Assembly (NCBI GenBank): GCA_965223335.1
Contig: OZ244991.1
Location: 2,144,001-2,208,000, forward strand
Reading direction: 5' to 3'
Length of the DNA: 64,000 bases
Source of the DNA: Thermodesulfobacteriota bacterium
GTDB taxonomy: Bacteria > Desulfobacterota_D > UBA1144 > Nemesobacterales > UBA2774
This document shows, one piece after another, positions 37,750 through 48,087 of this stretch (within the stretch, counting starts at the first letter, position 1; every line of letters starts with the position of its first letter). Position numbers and translations under genes: made by a program. The notes under the pieces were generated by a model that was given only the letters and a program-made list of their open reading frames with translations, was not told where the DNA came from and did no database searches.

Positions 37750-38532
37750 TTAATTCTCGGCCGGTTGTTCTACTATTGCACCCTTTAGGCTACCCACAAA
37801 ATTAAGCACATCGGCCTGTTCTTGGGCCGGTACATTGAACTTATCAAGTGTCTCCACGAGGTATTTGGCGGATAGCTCCCAATCGCTCTCGTTTATATTT
37901 AGGCCTGCGTGCGAGGTGACCATGTCGCGCCCGGTGTATGTGCAGGGACCCCCGGCAGCACTGCAGATATAGTCTACGGTGAGCTGCTGTACGCGTTTTT
38001 TGGAGTCAGTGCTAAGCCCTATGAAGAACCTGCCGAGCTGTTCGTCGGGGATCATTCTTTTAAAGAAATCATCTACCACAGCTGATATGGCATCATAGCC
38101 CCCTAGCCTCTCGTATAGTGATTTTTGCTCGGCCTCGGCCGCCATCTCTTTATCTGCCTCGGCGTTCTCTGCGGCCTCTTGGGTGGCCTCTTCATCGGCT
38201 GCTTTCATAGAGCCCTCTTGGGCCTCCTCTGCAACCTCTTCTGCGGCCTCTGCAGCTGGCTCAGTGGTGGTCTCTTCCATTTTACCGGCAGCATCTTCTG
38301 CGGTCTCCTCTGCTGTCTCTGTGGCAGTTTCCGTCACAGCCTCTTCAGTTACCTCGGCGTCATCGGTGCCCATTACCTCTTGTTTTACCTCTTCTACCAC
38401 CTCTTCCATCTTTTCCTTCGCCTCGTCTGCAACGTCTTCCTGGGCGCTTGACGGAGCCCACATAAACACCGTGAGTACGAACACCAAAAGCACTGTGCTA
38501 AGTCCCTTTGTGAATAATGCGACTGTTTTCAT
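37750..38532 (-). CDS. Exported group I truncated (2/2) hemoglobin with long acidic linker
   Basis: Signal peptide; about 100-aa E/A/T-rich linker; SLYERLGGYDAISAVVDDF, YTGRDMVTSHAGLNI. Confidence 0.9.
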   Translation of the reverse strand: MKTVALFTKGLSTVLLVFVLTVFMWAPSSAQEDVADEAKEKMEEVVEEVKQEVMGTDDAEVTEEAVTETATETAEETAEDAAGKMEETTTEPAAEAAEEVAEEAQEGSMKAADEEATQEAAENAEADKEMAAEAEQKSLYERLGGYDAISAVVDDFFKRMIPDEQLGRFFIGLSTDSKKRVQQLTVDYICSAAGGPCTYTGRDMVTSHAGLNINESDWELSAKYLVETLDKFNVPAQEQADVLNFVGSLKGAIVEQPAEN

Positions 38533-38618
38533 CAGACACCTCCTATGTAAGATATATCATTTATTAACATATATTGTACTACAACTCAATTGGAATTTAT
38601 AAATAACAGAAATTGATA

Positions 38619-39941
38619 CTACTCTTTGTCCTCGCGGCGCTTTTTCCACTTGGCCGAGAGGTATTTCTTTATGTTGGCTTCGCGTCCGATATCGGTGGGC
38701 TCGTAGTACACTGTGTCCTTAATCTCCTCGGGCAGGAAGTCCTGTTCTACAAAGTGTTCGTCGTAGTCGTGGGAGTATTTGTAGTCTTTGCCGTACTCAA
38801 GATCTTTCATAAGATCGGTGGGGGCGTTGCGCAAGTGGATGGGGATTGAGAGCCCGGGGCGCTTGCGTACGTCCCCGAAAGCCTTGCCGATGGCCTTGTA
38901 CGAGGCATTGCTCTTGGGACAGCCCGCAAGGAAAGTGGCAGCCTGGGCAAGAATGATGCTTGCCTCGGGCATACCCACGTAGTCGACTGCAGTGAAGGCC
39001 GAGGTGGCCAGAGTAAGGGCGTAGGGCTCGGCGTTTCCAATGTCTTCAGAGGCAAGGATTATAAGGCGCCGTGCTATGAACTTGGGGTCCTCGCCGGCCT
39101 CTAGCATACGTGCCAGGTAGTAGGCTGCGGCGTCGGGGTCGCTGCCCCGCACACTCTTTATGAATGCGGATATGGTGTTGTAGTGCTCGTCGCCGGCCCG
39201 GTCGTAGCGATAGTGGCGCGTTTGGTAGGCCTCTTTAACGGCGTCTTTATCAAGCTCGGGACTGTCGGTGATCTCAAACGCGGTCTCAAGCGCGTTTAGC
39301 ATCACACGGCTGTCACCCCCGCAGAGTGAGATGAGCTCTGTTCGTGCATCGTCTGTGAGCTGAACTCCCTTTAGCTTCTGGTCAAGTGTAAGTGCGCGTT
39401 CCAGCACCTGACCCAACTCGTCCTCGCCTAGAGAGTTGAGCACATATACCCTGCTTCGCGACAGCAGAGGGGAGATAACCTCGAACGAAGGGTTTTCCGT
39501 AGTGGCGCCTACAAGCACCACAACCCCGCTCTCTACACTACCCAGAAGTGCAGCCTGCTGGGATTTGTTGAATCTGTGGATCTCGTCTATAAATAGCACC
39601 GTGCGCCGCCCCATATTGAAAGAGCTCTCGGCCTCCTTTATTATCTCGCGAAGATCTTTTACCCCAGAAGAAATGGCGTTTATCTGTACAAAGTCGGCGT
39701 CTATCTCGCCCGCAAGCAGCCGTGCCAGCGTGGTCTTGCCTGTGCCCGGAGGCCCCCAAAATATCATTGAACGGATAGAGCCCGATTCAATCATCCTGCG
39801 GAGTACACCCTGGGGCCCTACGAGGTGCTCCTGGCCTATGAACTCGCCTAGCTTGCGGGGGCGCACACGCTCGGCCAGGGGCACAGCCCCGCCGGTGGGT
39901 CTAAAGAGCGACTGCTCGTGGGAATCGTTGTGCTTAGCCAC
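38619..39941 (-). CDS. rarA: Replication-associated recombination protein RarA/MgsA
   Basis: PLAERVRP, GPPGTGKT, DEIHRFNKSQQ, SAFIKSVRGSDPD. Confidence 0.97.
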   Translation of the reverse strand: MAKHNDSHEQSLFRPTGGAVPLAERVRPRKLGEFIGQEHLVGPQGVLRRMIESGSIRSMIFWGPPGTGKTTLARLLAGEIDADFVQINAISSGVKDLREIIKEAESSFNMGRRTVLFIDEIHRFNKSQQAALLGSVESGVVVLVGATTENPSFEVISPLLSRSRVYVLNSLGEDELGQVLERALTLDQKLKGVQLTDDARTELISLCGGDSRVMLNALETAFEITDSPELDKDAVKEAYQTRHYRYDRAGDEHYNTISAFIKSVRGSDPDAAAYYLARMLEAGEDPKFIARRLIILASEDIGNAEPYALTLATSAFTAVDYVGMPEASIILAQAATFLAGCPKSNASYKAIGKAFGDVRKRPGLSIPIHLRNAPTDLMKDLEYGKDYKYSHDYDEHFVEQDFLPEEIKDTVYYEPTDIGREANIKKYLSAKWKKRREDKE

Positions 39942-40099
39942 AAAAAACAGAGTAGAGGCTTATGTGATAGAAATCAATAGCCGCCATTCACGCCGGACCA
40001 GCCTATCATTTGAACTGGCACGACCGGCACTATTAAAATTTGCACAAATGCGGTTACATTATTGGTACTGCAGGCAACTTAGAGCAACGCAACCCCGAT

Positions 40100-41599
40100 A
40101 TGTCTATAGAGACATCTATAAAGGACCTGGAACTCCTGATACGCTCGCATTACGGTGTGATATTCATAGACACGCTTGAGTCGGAGCGCGCCGATACGAT
40201 TTTGGCTTTGCTTGCCGACCGTATCGGCATCCCTTATTTCAGATGGACCCGTACAAAGGGGCTACGCAGGATCGACACCGATACCAAGGGCCCTGTGTAC
40301 GGCACAGAGAGTCTCGAGAGCGTCCTTGCTCATATAGAGGCCTCTACTCTACAAGCCCTCTATCATATGGAGAGTGTAACGGACGCTATTCAAGACAAAA
40401 CCACGGCTACTCAGCTCACAGATGCTATGAAACAACTCGAAAAAGGAGAAGGTGCCATTGTTGTTACGGGGTCAGACCCATATGTGCCGGACACTTTACG
40501 TGCACGGAGCGCCGTATATACACTGCCTGAACCGGCAGAAGAGGAGTACAGGAAACTCTTGGCACACCTGGTAAGGGACCTGAAATCGCGCCAAGGGGTG
40601 AGTGTGCAGATGAAGCAGGACGACCTAAACAGGCTCCTTGCAAACATAAAGGGGCTCACACTCACAGAGGCCGAGAAGATACTTACAAAGGTGATTATAG
40701 AGGACGGGGTGCTATCGTCTGAGGACGTGCGGAGGGTGGTGGAAGCCAAACAGGAGATTGTGGAGCGCGAGGGAGTGCTCGAGTACTACCCCGTGGAAGA
40801 GAGCATGGCGGATATTGCCGACCTCGAGGGCCTAAAGCGGTGGCTTGCTAAGCGCAGCCAGATAATCACCGAGCCCCGGAGGGCAAGGGAGTTTGGGCTC
40901 GAGTTCCCAAAGGGGGTGCTTCTGCTCGGGGTTCCAGGGTGTGGCAAGAGCCTTTCGGCTAAGGCTGTGGCCATGGAGTGGGGGCTGCCGCTGCTTAGGC
41001 TTGACCCCGCAAAGCTCTATAACAAGTATATAGGCGAGAGTGAAAAGAACTTTCGCAGGGCTATGGAGACCGCAGAGCGTATGTCGCCTGTGGTGCTCTG
41101 GATAGACGAGATAGAGAAGGCCTTTTCCTCGGCCGGCGGGGCTGAGGACGGCGGGGTGTCCACACGTATATTCGGTACGTTTCTCTCGTGGCTACAGGAG
41201 CGAAACGGTGATGTATTCATAGTGGCCACAGCAAACGATGTTACCAAACTGCCGCCCGAGTTTCTGCGCAAGGGACGGTTCGATGAGATATTCTTTATAG
41301 ACCTGCCGGTGGCAGGTGCAAGGAGATCGATATTCGAGATACACCTTAGTAAACGAGGCAAGGACCCAGCACTCTTTGACTTGGATGTGCTTGTGCAGTT
41401 GACAGAGGGGTTTAGCGGCTCGGAGATAGAACAGGTCGTGGTCTCGGGCCTCTATACCGCTTTTTCCGAGAACACGGAGCTTACCACAGAGATACTAAAA
41501 AAAGAGGTAGGGCTTACAAGCCCACTATCTGAGACCATGGCAGAGAAGATCTCGCAGCTCCGCTCCTGGGCCCGCGAGAGGACCACAAGTGCCCAGTAA
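40100..41599 (+). CDS. Ycf46-like AAA+ ATPase
   Basis: GVPGCGKS, LWIDEIEKAF, LPPEFLRKGRFDE; degenerate N-terminal AAA domain. Confidence 0.9.
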   Translation: MSIETSIKDLELLIRSHYGVIFIDTLESERADTILALLADRIGIPYFRWTRTKGLRRIDTDTKGPVYGTESLESVLAHIEASTLQALYHMESVTDAIQDKTTATQLTDAMKQLEKGEGAIVVTGSDPYVPDTLRARSAVYTLPEPAEEEYRKLLAHLVRDLKSRQGVSVQMKQDDLNRLLANIKGLTLTEAEKILTKVIIEDGVLSSEDVRRVVEAKQEIVEREGVLEYYPVEESMADIADLEGLKRWLAKRSQIITEPRRAREFGLEFPKGVLLLGVPGCGKSLSAKAVAMEWGLPLLRLDPAKLYNKYIGESEKNFRRAMETAERMSPVVLWIDEIEKAFSSAGGAEDGGVSTRIFGTFLSWLQERNGDVFIVATANDVTKLPPEFLRKGRFDEIFFIDLPVAGARRSIFEIHLSKRGKDPALFDLDVLVQLTEGFSGSEIEQVVVSGLYTAFSENTELTTEILKKEVGLTSPLSETMAEKISQLRSWARERTTSAQ

Positions 41600-41606
41600 C
41601 CTCTGA

Positions 41607-42164
41607 TCACGCAGCTTGTTGAGACATGTCTCTAAACGCCAGCGAGACCATAATCATCGAAACACCGTTTATAAGCATGTAGACACCTAACAGGAGCCCG
41701 AGCACAAAGCGCCCGCTCGCCGGGAACTCGCCCCATATCATCACGCCCAGTATGAGTGACGCGACCCCGCTTATTAGGAGCCAAAACCAGTTGGCCTGGG
41801 GACGGAGCTGAAACGCGTTTACAATCTTAAAGAAGCCCTCCACGACTAAAAACGCCGCGAGTATTATTGTGAGCGTAAGTACACCTGCAAACGGGTTTTT
41901 GAGCAGGAGGCCGCCCACTATTAGGTAGAGCAGACCGCTAATGAATATAAATATGAATTTTTTGAGGCTGCCCGAAAAAAACGAGCTTACCACAGCCACC
42001 ACACCCCCGAATAAAAGTATGAACCCGAGCACGAGGTCAATTGCCAGTGTGACGGCATAGGGGTGCGCCATAGCCGCCAGGCCCAATATTACGTACACGA
42101 TGCCGAGAATAAGCAGCCATGTCCACCCACCTCGCTGAGTACTTACTGTTTCGGATCCGCTCAT
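41607..42164 (-). CDS. HdeD/DUF308 membrane protein
   Basis: Six Gly-rich TM helices; ATG 42164 with RBS. Confidence 0.88.
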   Translation of the reverse strand: MSGSETVSTQRGGWTWLLILGIVYVILGLAAMAHPYAVTLAIDLVLGFILLFGGVVAVVSSFFSGSLKKFIFIFISGLLYLIVGGLLLKNPFAGVLTLTIILAAFLVVEGFFKIVNAFQLRPQANWFWLLISGVASLILGVMIWGEFPASGRFVLGLLLGVYMLINGVSMIMVSLAFRDMSQQAA

Positions 42165-42276
42165 CTTACCTACCCCCTTGTATTCTTGGTTTTTAGGTGA
42201 CTGACGCACCTTTGATTTGATATAGCAATCATACTATACAACAGGGTGAAATTCTCAACAATATATAGACATGTAT

Positions 42277-42858
42277 CTATGGTGAATTGCTAAGGTTATT
42301 GGTCTCGGTGCGCTGCATCACAAGCACAATTGCGATTGAGGAGAGAATTGCCGAGACCCCATAGCAGTATATGCCGGGCTCGGCCCTGAATGTGAAGTTA
42401 AACCCCTTGGCCTTAAACATCACAATTATAAAAGCCACTATGAACACATCGGCCATGGACCACTTTGAAACATAGCCAAGTGACTTGACCACGCGGTTAT
42501 GGAAGGTGGGTGAGCTCCGGTTATAGGGCAGCATGGCGAGCGAGCAGAGTATGATCTTGAGTGCGGGGAAAAAGACCGAGAAGAGCAGTATCAGTACACC
42601 AAGGAATATATTGTCGTCTTCGAAAAGGGATTTGATTATGCCCAGCAGGTACTGGTCGCCGGTGGGGATCTTGCCCTTTTTTATTATCCACTGCTCAAGT
42701 TCGTTGTGGAGCCCAAACAGATTGGGGATCCAGTCGGGGAAGTCCACCTGGAAGTCCGAGCTTATAAACGGGTAGTAAAACGCTCCGGCCAATAGCACCG
42801 TGGCACCGAGGAGGATTGCGATGGCGAGTACGGTGAGTGTGCCTCTGTCTTTTATCAT
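42277..42858 (-). CDS. Paraquat-inducible protein A (PqiA) single-domain protein
   Basis: LFSVFFPALK, SKWSMADVF. Confidence 0.85.
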   Translation of the reverse strand: MIKDRGTLTVLAIAILLGATVLLAGAFYYPFISSDFQVDFPDWIPNLFGLHNELEQWIIKKGKIPTGDQYLLGIIKSLFEDDNIFLGVLILLFSVFFPALKIILCSLAMLPYNRSSPTFHNRVVKSLGYVSKWSMADVFIVAFIIVMFKAKGFNFTFRAEPGIYCYGVSAILSSIAIVLVMQRTETNNLSNSP

Positions 42859-42888
42859 CGGGGAACTATTGTAACCGATATAGTTTAA

Positions 42889-44346
42889 TTAATTCGATAA
42901 CAGTGAGTCGATAAGGTAGTGGTCTTTTTTGTCGGCCAGAACAAGGAGCTTGTCGCCCTCTTTAATTATGGTGGCACCGTTGGGCACAATCGTGCCTGTG
43001 CCGCGTGTGATGAGCATTATAAGTGAGTCACGGGGAAGGCCGAGCTCAACGACCTGTTTCCCACCAAGCTCGCTCCCCTCTTTTATCTCGAACTCGGTCA
43101 TCTCGCGCTCGCTCTGGGGCGGCAGTTCGAAATCGAGCTGGGTTTTGTGCTCGTCGGTCCCGGGCTCTTTCACGCCCAGCCAATCGGCTAGGAAGTGAAT
43201 AGTGGTGCCCTGGATCAACACAGACGTGATCACAATAAAAAACACAAGGTTAAACACCGCATTAGAACCCTCTATGCCGGCGAGCACGGGGAATGTGGCA
43301 AGTATAATCGGCACGGCTCCCCTTAGCCCCACAAGTGATACAAACCCCTTTTCCTTGGTGCTTAGCCCGCTTGGGATAAGGGATATGAACACGCTAAGGG
43401 GCCTCGCGATAAAGATCAAAAAGAGCGAGATCAATAGTGCCGTGCCCATTACGGGTACCAAGTCCGAGGGAAACACAAGGAGCCCGAGTATAAGGAACAT
43501 CATGATCTGCATGAGCCACGCAAGCCCGTCGTGAAAGCGTGTGAGGCTGTGTTTGTGGACAAATGAGCTGCCCCCAAGCATAAGCCCCGCGATGTATACG
43601 GCAAGAAACCCGCTGCCCCCAATCACAGTGGTCACCCCGTATGTAAAGAGCACAAGGGTGAGCATGAGCACTGGGTAAAGCCCCTCGAACTCAAGGCGGA
43701 TCCGGTTGGTAATAAACGTCATGGCCCTGCCCATTGTGTATCCCGCCAGAGCCCCTATAGCTAGCTGGCGCAGGAGTAAAAAGACCATCCAGAGCCATGA
43801 GGTCTCGGGCACAAGTAGCATCTCGATAAACCCTATGGTGAGTATGACGGCCATGGGGTCGTTACTGCCGGATTCGAACTCAAGCAGCTGTTTTAGGTGG
43901 TCTTTTAGCCGGGTGCGCCCCGAGCTCATTACAGAGAACACTACCGCAGCGTCTGTGGACGACACTATGGCCCCAAGCAAAAGCCCGCCTATAATAGAAA
44001 AATCAAACAGGAACGAGGCAAACACACCCACGAGTGCCGCGGTAATGAACACTCCCACTGTAGAGAGTGTGACGCCGCTGCGAAACACAGGGCGCACCTG
44101 GGCCAAGCTTGAGTGAAGCCCGCCCGAGAATATGATGTATACGAGTGCCAGCACCCCAAGCATCTGGGCTAGCCAAGGGTTGTTGAACTCTATCCTTCCC
44201 GGCCCCTCAGAGCCCGCGATCATGCCCACAACCAAAAAGATGAGCAGAGCCGGGACCCTTATCTTGGACGCAGCCTTGCTCGCAAACACGCTTAGAAGCA
44301 ATAGTACCGAGGCACCGAGCAGTATGAGTTCTATGGATCTGTCCAC
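42889..44346 (-). CDS. cvrA: K+/H+ antiporter (NhaP2/CvrA) with TrkA-C domain
   Basis: SSTDAAVVF, ESGSNDPMAV, GLRGAVPI. Confidence 0.93.
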   Translation of the reverse strand: MDRSIELILLGASVLLLLSVFASKAASKIRVPALLIFLVVGMIAGSEGPGRIEFNNPWLAQMLGVLALVYIIFSGGLHSSLAQVRPVFRSGVTLSTVGVFITAALVGVFASFLFDFSIIGGLLLGAIVSSTDAAVVFSVMSSGRTRLKDHLKQLLEFESGSNDPMAVILTIGFIEMLLVPETSWLWMVFLLLRQLAIGALAGYTMGRAMTFITNRIRLEFEGLYPVLMLTLVLFTYGVTTVIGGSGFLAVYIAGLMLGGSSFVHKHSLTRFHDGLAWLMQIMMFLILGLLVFPSDLVPVMGTALLISLFLIFIARPLSVFISLIPSGLSTKEKGFVSLVGLRGAVPIILATFPVLAGIEGSNAVFNLVFFIVITSVLIQGTTIHFLADWLGVKEPGTDEHKTQLDFELPPQSEREMTEFEIKEGSELGGKQVVELGLPRDSLIMLITRGTGTIVPNGATIIKEGDKLLVLADKKDHYLIDSLLSN

Positions 44347-44500
44347 ATCGTCCCCTTTTTACCGGTCTGGGCCGAGTGTTATGGCCCCGTAGATAACGTC
44401 ATCTTATTATTACACGAGTGAGGGGGGATACTCAAAATATTTTAGTTTGAAGTAAAGAAGAAGGCGGCGGGGTGGTTAATTATTGGACGTAAACGGCAAT

Positions 44501-44533
44501 AAAAAAGGCGGCCCTTTTGGAGCCGCCTTTTTT
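44501..44533. terminator. Bidirectional intrinsic terminator downstream of pntB
   Basis: AAAAAAGGCGGC...GCCGCCTTTTTT. Confidence 0.88.
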
Positions 44534-44555
44534 GAAATGTAGAAATATCCAATAC

Positions 44556-45962
44556 CTACATCTCCTTTAAACTTTTAACCATCTCTTCTACCATTTTTTT
44601 GCCGTCGCCAAAGAGCATTAGCGTGTTGTCGGCTGCAAAAAGCGGGTTGGGAATCCCGGCAAACCCGGGGCTAAGGCTGCGCTTTATCACGACAACGGTT
44701 TTGGATTTGTCGACGTCTAGTATAGGCATGCCGGCTATGACGCTGTCCGGGTCTGTGCGTGCGACGGGGTTTACCACATCATTGGCACCTATGATTATCG
44801 ACATATCGATCTGTTTGAACTCTGGGTTGATATCGTCCATGTCTTTTAGGCGGTCGTAGGGGATATCGGCCTCTGCCAAAAGAACGTTCATGTGCCCGGG
44901 CATACGTCCCGCTACGGGGTGTACACCGAAGTCTACAGTGGTGCCCCTGGACTCGAGCAGGTCGAACAGGTCGCGCACAGCGTGCTGTGCCTGGGCCACG
45001 GCCATCCCGTATCCGGGTACAACTGCAATGTGTCTGGCACCGTCTAGCAGCATCGCTACGTCGTCAGGTGAGGCTGCTGTGACCTTCCCGGCGTAGACGT
45101 CGTCGGCTGAAGGGCCGCCCTCGGCTGCACCAAACGCACCGAACAGCACATCGGTAAGCGAGCGGTTCATTGCCTTACACATAATTATGGTAAGGATGAT
45201 CCCCGAGGCCCCAACGAGTGTACCGGCTACGATCAAAATGTTGTTGAACAGTATGAACCCGGTGGCTGCCGCAGCGAGCCCCGAGAACGAGTTAAGTAGT
45301 GCGATAACAACCGGCATGTCGGCCCCGCCAATAGGTATGACAAAAAGCACACCGAGCACAGAAGCCACGATTACCATAAACCAGAACAGCCCTGTGGAGT
45401 CGGGCGACTGGGCCATCAGGATGCCGAGTATTACGAGTAGAACCGCAAGCGCGACTTTAACGTACTGGTCAAAGGCGTAGCGCACGGGTGTCTCTTTGGT
45501 AAGTCCCTGGAGCTTGGCAAACGCTATGAGGCTGCCCCAAAAAGTCACGGCCCCTATAAGGCCCGATGCAAATGTAGATACAGAGAACTGTGTGTTTAGG
45601 ATGCCTGCGGAGGAGGTGCCATTTTGGAGCACTATAGCCTCTGAGAGTGCCGCACCCGCTACGAGTACCGAAGCCGAGCCCCCAAACCCGTTAAAGAGAG
45701 CTACCAATTGGGGCATATCGGTCATCTTTATTTTTATGGCCAACGCCGCACCTATGACCGCACCTATCACAAACCCAAAGAGTATGAACTTGTAGCCTAT
45801 GATGTGCTGGTCTAGGAGCGTGACCACAATGGCTAGGAGCATTCCCAATGCGCCTAGTATGTTGCCCCTTACTGCTGTGCGTGGGTGTGATAGCCCTTTT
45901 AGTCCGAATATAAACAGACAGGCCGAAACAAGGTATAGGATTGTTACGAGTTCAGATGACAT
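44556..45962 (-). CDS. pntB: NAD(P) transhydrogenase beta subunit
   Basis: MPQLVA, GGADMPVV, PGYGMAVAQAQ, HPVAGRMPGHMNVLLAEA. Confidence 0.98.
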   Translation of the reverse strand: MSSELVTILYLVSACLFIFGLKGLSHPRTAVRGNILGALGMLLAIVVTLLDQHIIGYKFILFGFVIGAVIGAALAIKIKMTDMPQLVALFNGFGGSASVLVAGAALSEAIVLQNGTSSAGILNTQFSVSTFASGLIGAVTFWGSLIAFAKLQGLTKETPVRYAFDQYVKVALAVLLVILGILMAQSPDSTGLFWFMVIVASVLGVLFVIPIGGADMPVVIALLNSFSGLAAAATGFILFNNILIVAGTLVGASGIILTIIMCKAMNRSLTDVLFGAFGAAEGGPSADDVYAGKVTAASPDDVAMLLDGARHIAVVPGYGMAVAQAQHAVRDLFDLLESRGTTVDFGVHPVAGRMPGHMNVLLAEADIPYDRLKDMDDINPEFKQIDMSIIIGANDVVNPVARTDPDSVIAGMPILDVDKSKTVVVIKRSLSPGFAGIPNPLFAADNTLMLFGDGKKMVEEMVKSLKEM

Positions 45963-45965
45963 TTG

Positions 45966-46247
45966 TTAGTCCTTTTTCTTAAACATCTCCAACATTCGAT
46001 TTGTGACCATGAATCCCCCGACTACGTTTATGGTAGCGAGTATGACTGCCAAAACCCCGAGTGTGGTAGTAAGCCATGTGACCTGTTGGCCTGCGGATAG
46101 TATGGCACCGATGAGGATAATCCCGGAGATGGCGTTTGAGCCCGACATAAGGGGGGTGTGCAGAGTCGGAGGCACTTTGGTGATGACCTCAAACCCAACA
46201 AACGCCGCCAGTACAAATATTGTAAGCACTATTGCAAAGCTTTCCAT
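45966..46247 (-). CDS. pntA: NAD(P) transhydrogenase alpha subunit, part 2
   Basis: VPPTLHTPLMSGSNAISG; ATG at 46247. Confidence 0.96.
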   Translation of the reverse strand: MESFAIVLTIFVLAAFVGFEVITKVPPTLHTPLMSGSNAISGIILIGAILSAGQQVTWLTTTLGVLAVILATINVVGGFMVTNRMLEMFKKKD

Positions 46248-46282
46248 ATGTCTATTCCCTCCCCGGCACTTGGTCAAGCGTA

Positions 46283-47431
46283 TTAAAGCCCGAACGTCTC
46301 CTTTATTCTTTCATTAACGATTTTCCCGCCCTCTGTGACGAGTGTATCGCGTATTATTTCATCTTCTTTGTCGATCTCTAGTTTTTCTTCTTTAACCATG
46401 AGTGTGAGCAGGTTGCACAGGTTTTTGGAGTACATCTGGCTCGCGTGGTACGGGACTGTGGACGGTACATTTACAGGGCCTATTATGTGCACACCGTTGT
46501 GGTCAACTGTTTTTCCGGCCTCGGTAAGGCTGCAGTTGCCACCCTGCTCTGCCGCTAGGTCTATAATCACTGAGCCCGGCTTCATGGCGTTGAGCATCTC
46601 TTCGGTTACAAGTGTGGGGGCCTGTTTGCCCGGCACGGCCGCCGTGGTTATGACGGTGTCGTGCTCGGCCAGTACCTTTGCCATAAGCTCCCTTTGCTTT
46701 TTATAGAACTCCTCGTCCATGGCTTTGGCGTAACCGCCCTTGTCCTCGGCCTCGCCGGTCTCTAGCTCAAGCTCCACGAACTTTGCTCCAAGGCTCTCGA
46801 CCTGTTCTTTAACCGCAGGTCTTATGTCGTAGGCCGACACAACTGCACCCAGTCGGTTACATGTGGCAATGGCCTGAAGCCCCGCCACCCCAGCACCTAT
46901 CACCAACACCTTGGCAGGTGTGATAGTGCCGGCAGCGGTCATCATCATGGGGAACATTTTCGTATGTTTCTCGGCCGCTATTAGTGCGGCTTTGTAGCCT
47001 GCGATATTGGCCTGTGATGAGAGCACATCCATGCTCTGAGCCCTTGTGATCCTGGGCACAAGCTCCATGGCAAATGTGCTTGCCTTTGTGTTGGACAAGC
47101 TCTTGGCGATCTCGGGATTTGATAGCGGGTCGAGCAACCCGATCACTATCTGGCCGTCGCGAAGCATCTCGAGGTCTTTGGCATCACCCTTGGGATCAGA
47201 GCCCGTAGCATGTACCTGGAGTATGACGTCGGCTTTGCCAAACACGTTTTTGCGCGTGGCAATCTTTACACCCTCTTCCTCGTACATAGCGTCGGTGAAC
47301 CCGGCACTCTCGCCTGCCCCTTTCTCTATCTTTACCACAAACCCCGCTTTTTGAAGCGATGGAACGTGGCTGGGTACGAGTGCCACCCTCATTTCCCCCG
47401 GACGTTTTTCTTTAGTGACTCCGACTATCAT
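46283..47431 (-). CDS. pntA: NAD(P) transhydrogenase alpha subunit, part 1
   Basis: PRITRAQSMDVLSSQ, GAGVAGLQA, GGYAK. Confidence 0.97.
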   Translation of the reverse strand: MIVGVTKEKRPGEMRVALVPSHVPSLQKAGFVVKIEKGAGESAGFTDAMYEEEGVKIATRKNVFGKADVILQVHATGSDPKGDAKDLEMLRDGQIVIGLLDPLSNPEIAKSLSNTKASTFAMELVPRITRAQSMDVLSSQANIAGYKAALIAAEKHTKMFPMMMTAAGTITPAKVLVIGAGVAGLQAIATCNRLGAVVSAYDIRPAVKEQVESLGAKFVELELETGEAEDKGGYAKAMDEEFYKKQRELMAKVLAEHDTVITTAAVPGKQAPTLVTEEMLNAMKPGSVIIDLAAEQGGNCSLTEAGKTVDHNGVHIIGPVNVPSTVPYHASQMYSKNLCNLLTLMVKEEKLEIDKEDEIIRDTLVTEGGKIVNERIKETFGL

Positions 47432-47605
47432 CTATTCCGTATACCCCTCTCTCCAACTTAAAAGCCCAACAAATATATCATAAAAAATTCATATGTGAAT
47501 ATCTCTACGATAAAGCTCGAAGAGCAAATTAATTTATCAATAAAGCGGGTGGAATGCAAATATATGCGGTTTGTTTATATAGCGCGTGAGTTGCTAAGCT
47601 GTGAC

Positions 47606-48034
47606 TTAGCTCCTAAACAAAGGCCCGGGTGCCTTGCCCTCGGCATAGCCCTTAAGGCGCCCCATGAGCTCGGCCCATGTCCTGTCGCAGAGCGAGTAGA
47701 TGCCCTTGACCGACTGCCAATCGGCATGAACAAACTGAAGCAGCGTGTAGCCGTTATCTATCTCTTCTAGAAAGAAGCATACTCGCGTGCCCTTCCACTC
47801 GTCGGGACCCCCGGTGCATGTCCACTCAACCATGTTGGGTTTGTCTAGTTTGTCTATGTGCATCTCGAAAACGGTCTGGCGGTTATTAAAACCGAACACT
47901 GCGGTCGAACCCTCGATAGGTTCAGCAGTGGAGTCGGAAGTCCACCAGCTTCTAAGACCCTTTTGCTCGGTGATGGCTCTGTAAACAATATCGGAGTGAG
48001 CCTGGATTGTGGTTTCGTGACGTATAGTGTGCAT
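47606..48034 (-). CDS. SRPBCC/AHSA1 domain protein
   Basis: VYRAIT..GLRSWW, EWKGT, FVHADW. Confidence 0.88.
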   Translation of the reverse strand: MHTIRHETTIQAHSDIVYRAITEQKGLRSWWTSDSTAEPIEGSTAVFGFNNRQTVFEMHIDKLDKPNMVEWTCTGGPDEWKGTRVCFFLEEIDNGYTLLQFVHADWQSVKGIYSLCDRTWAELMGRLKGYAEGKAPGPLFRS

Positions 48035-48087
48035 GTGATTACTTCCCGTGGTCCTTGATTAGTTTCTGTATTAGATGATCTTTGCTG

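Noticed and set aside
42244..42255. GGGTGAAATTCT matching leader copy B
   Set aside because: Only 12 nt, in the opposite orientation to the adjacent gene, with no other blocks.
45966..47431. Split pntA as a pseudogene
   Set aside because: The three-subunit transhydrogenase organisation is a known natural form; both parts are intact with their own RBS.
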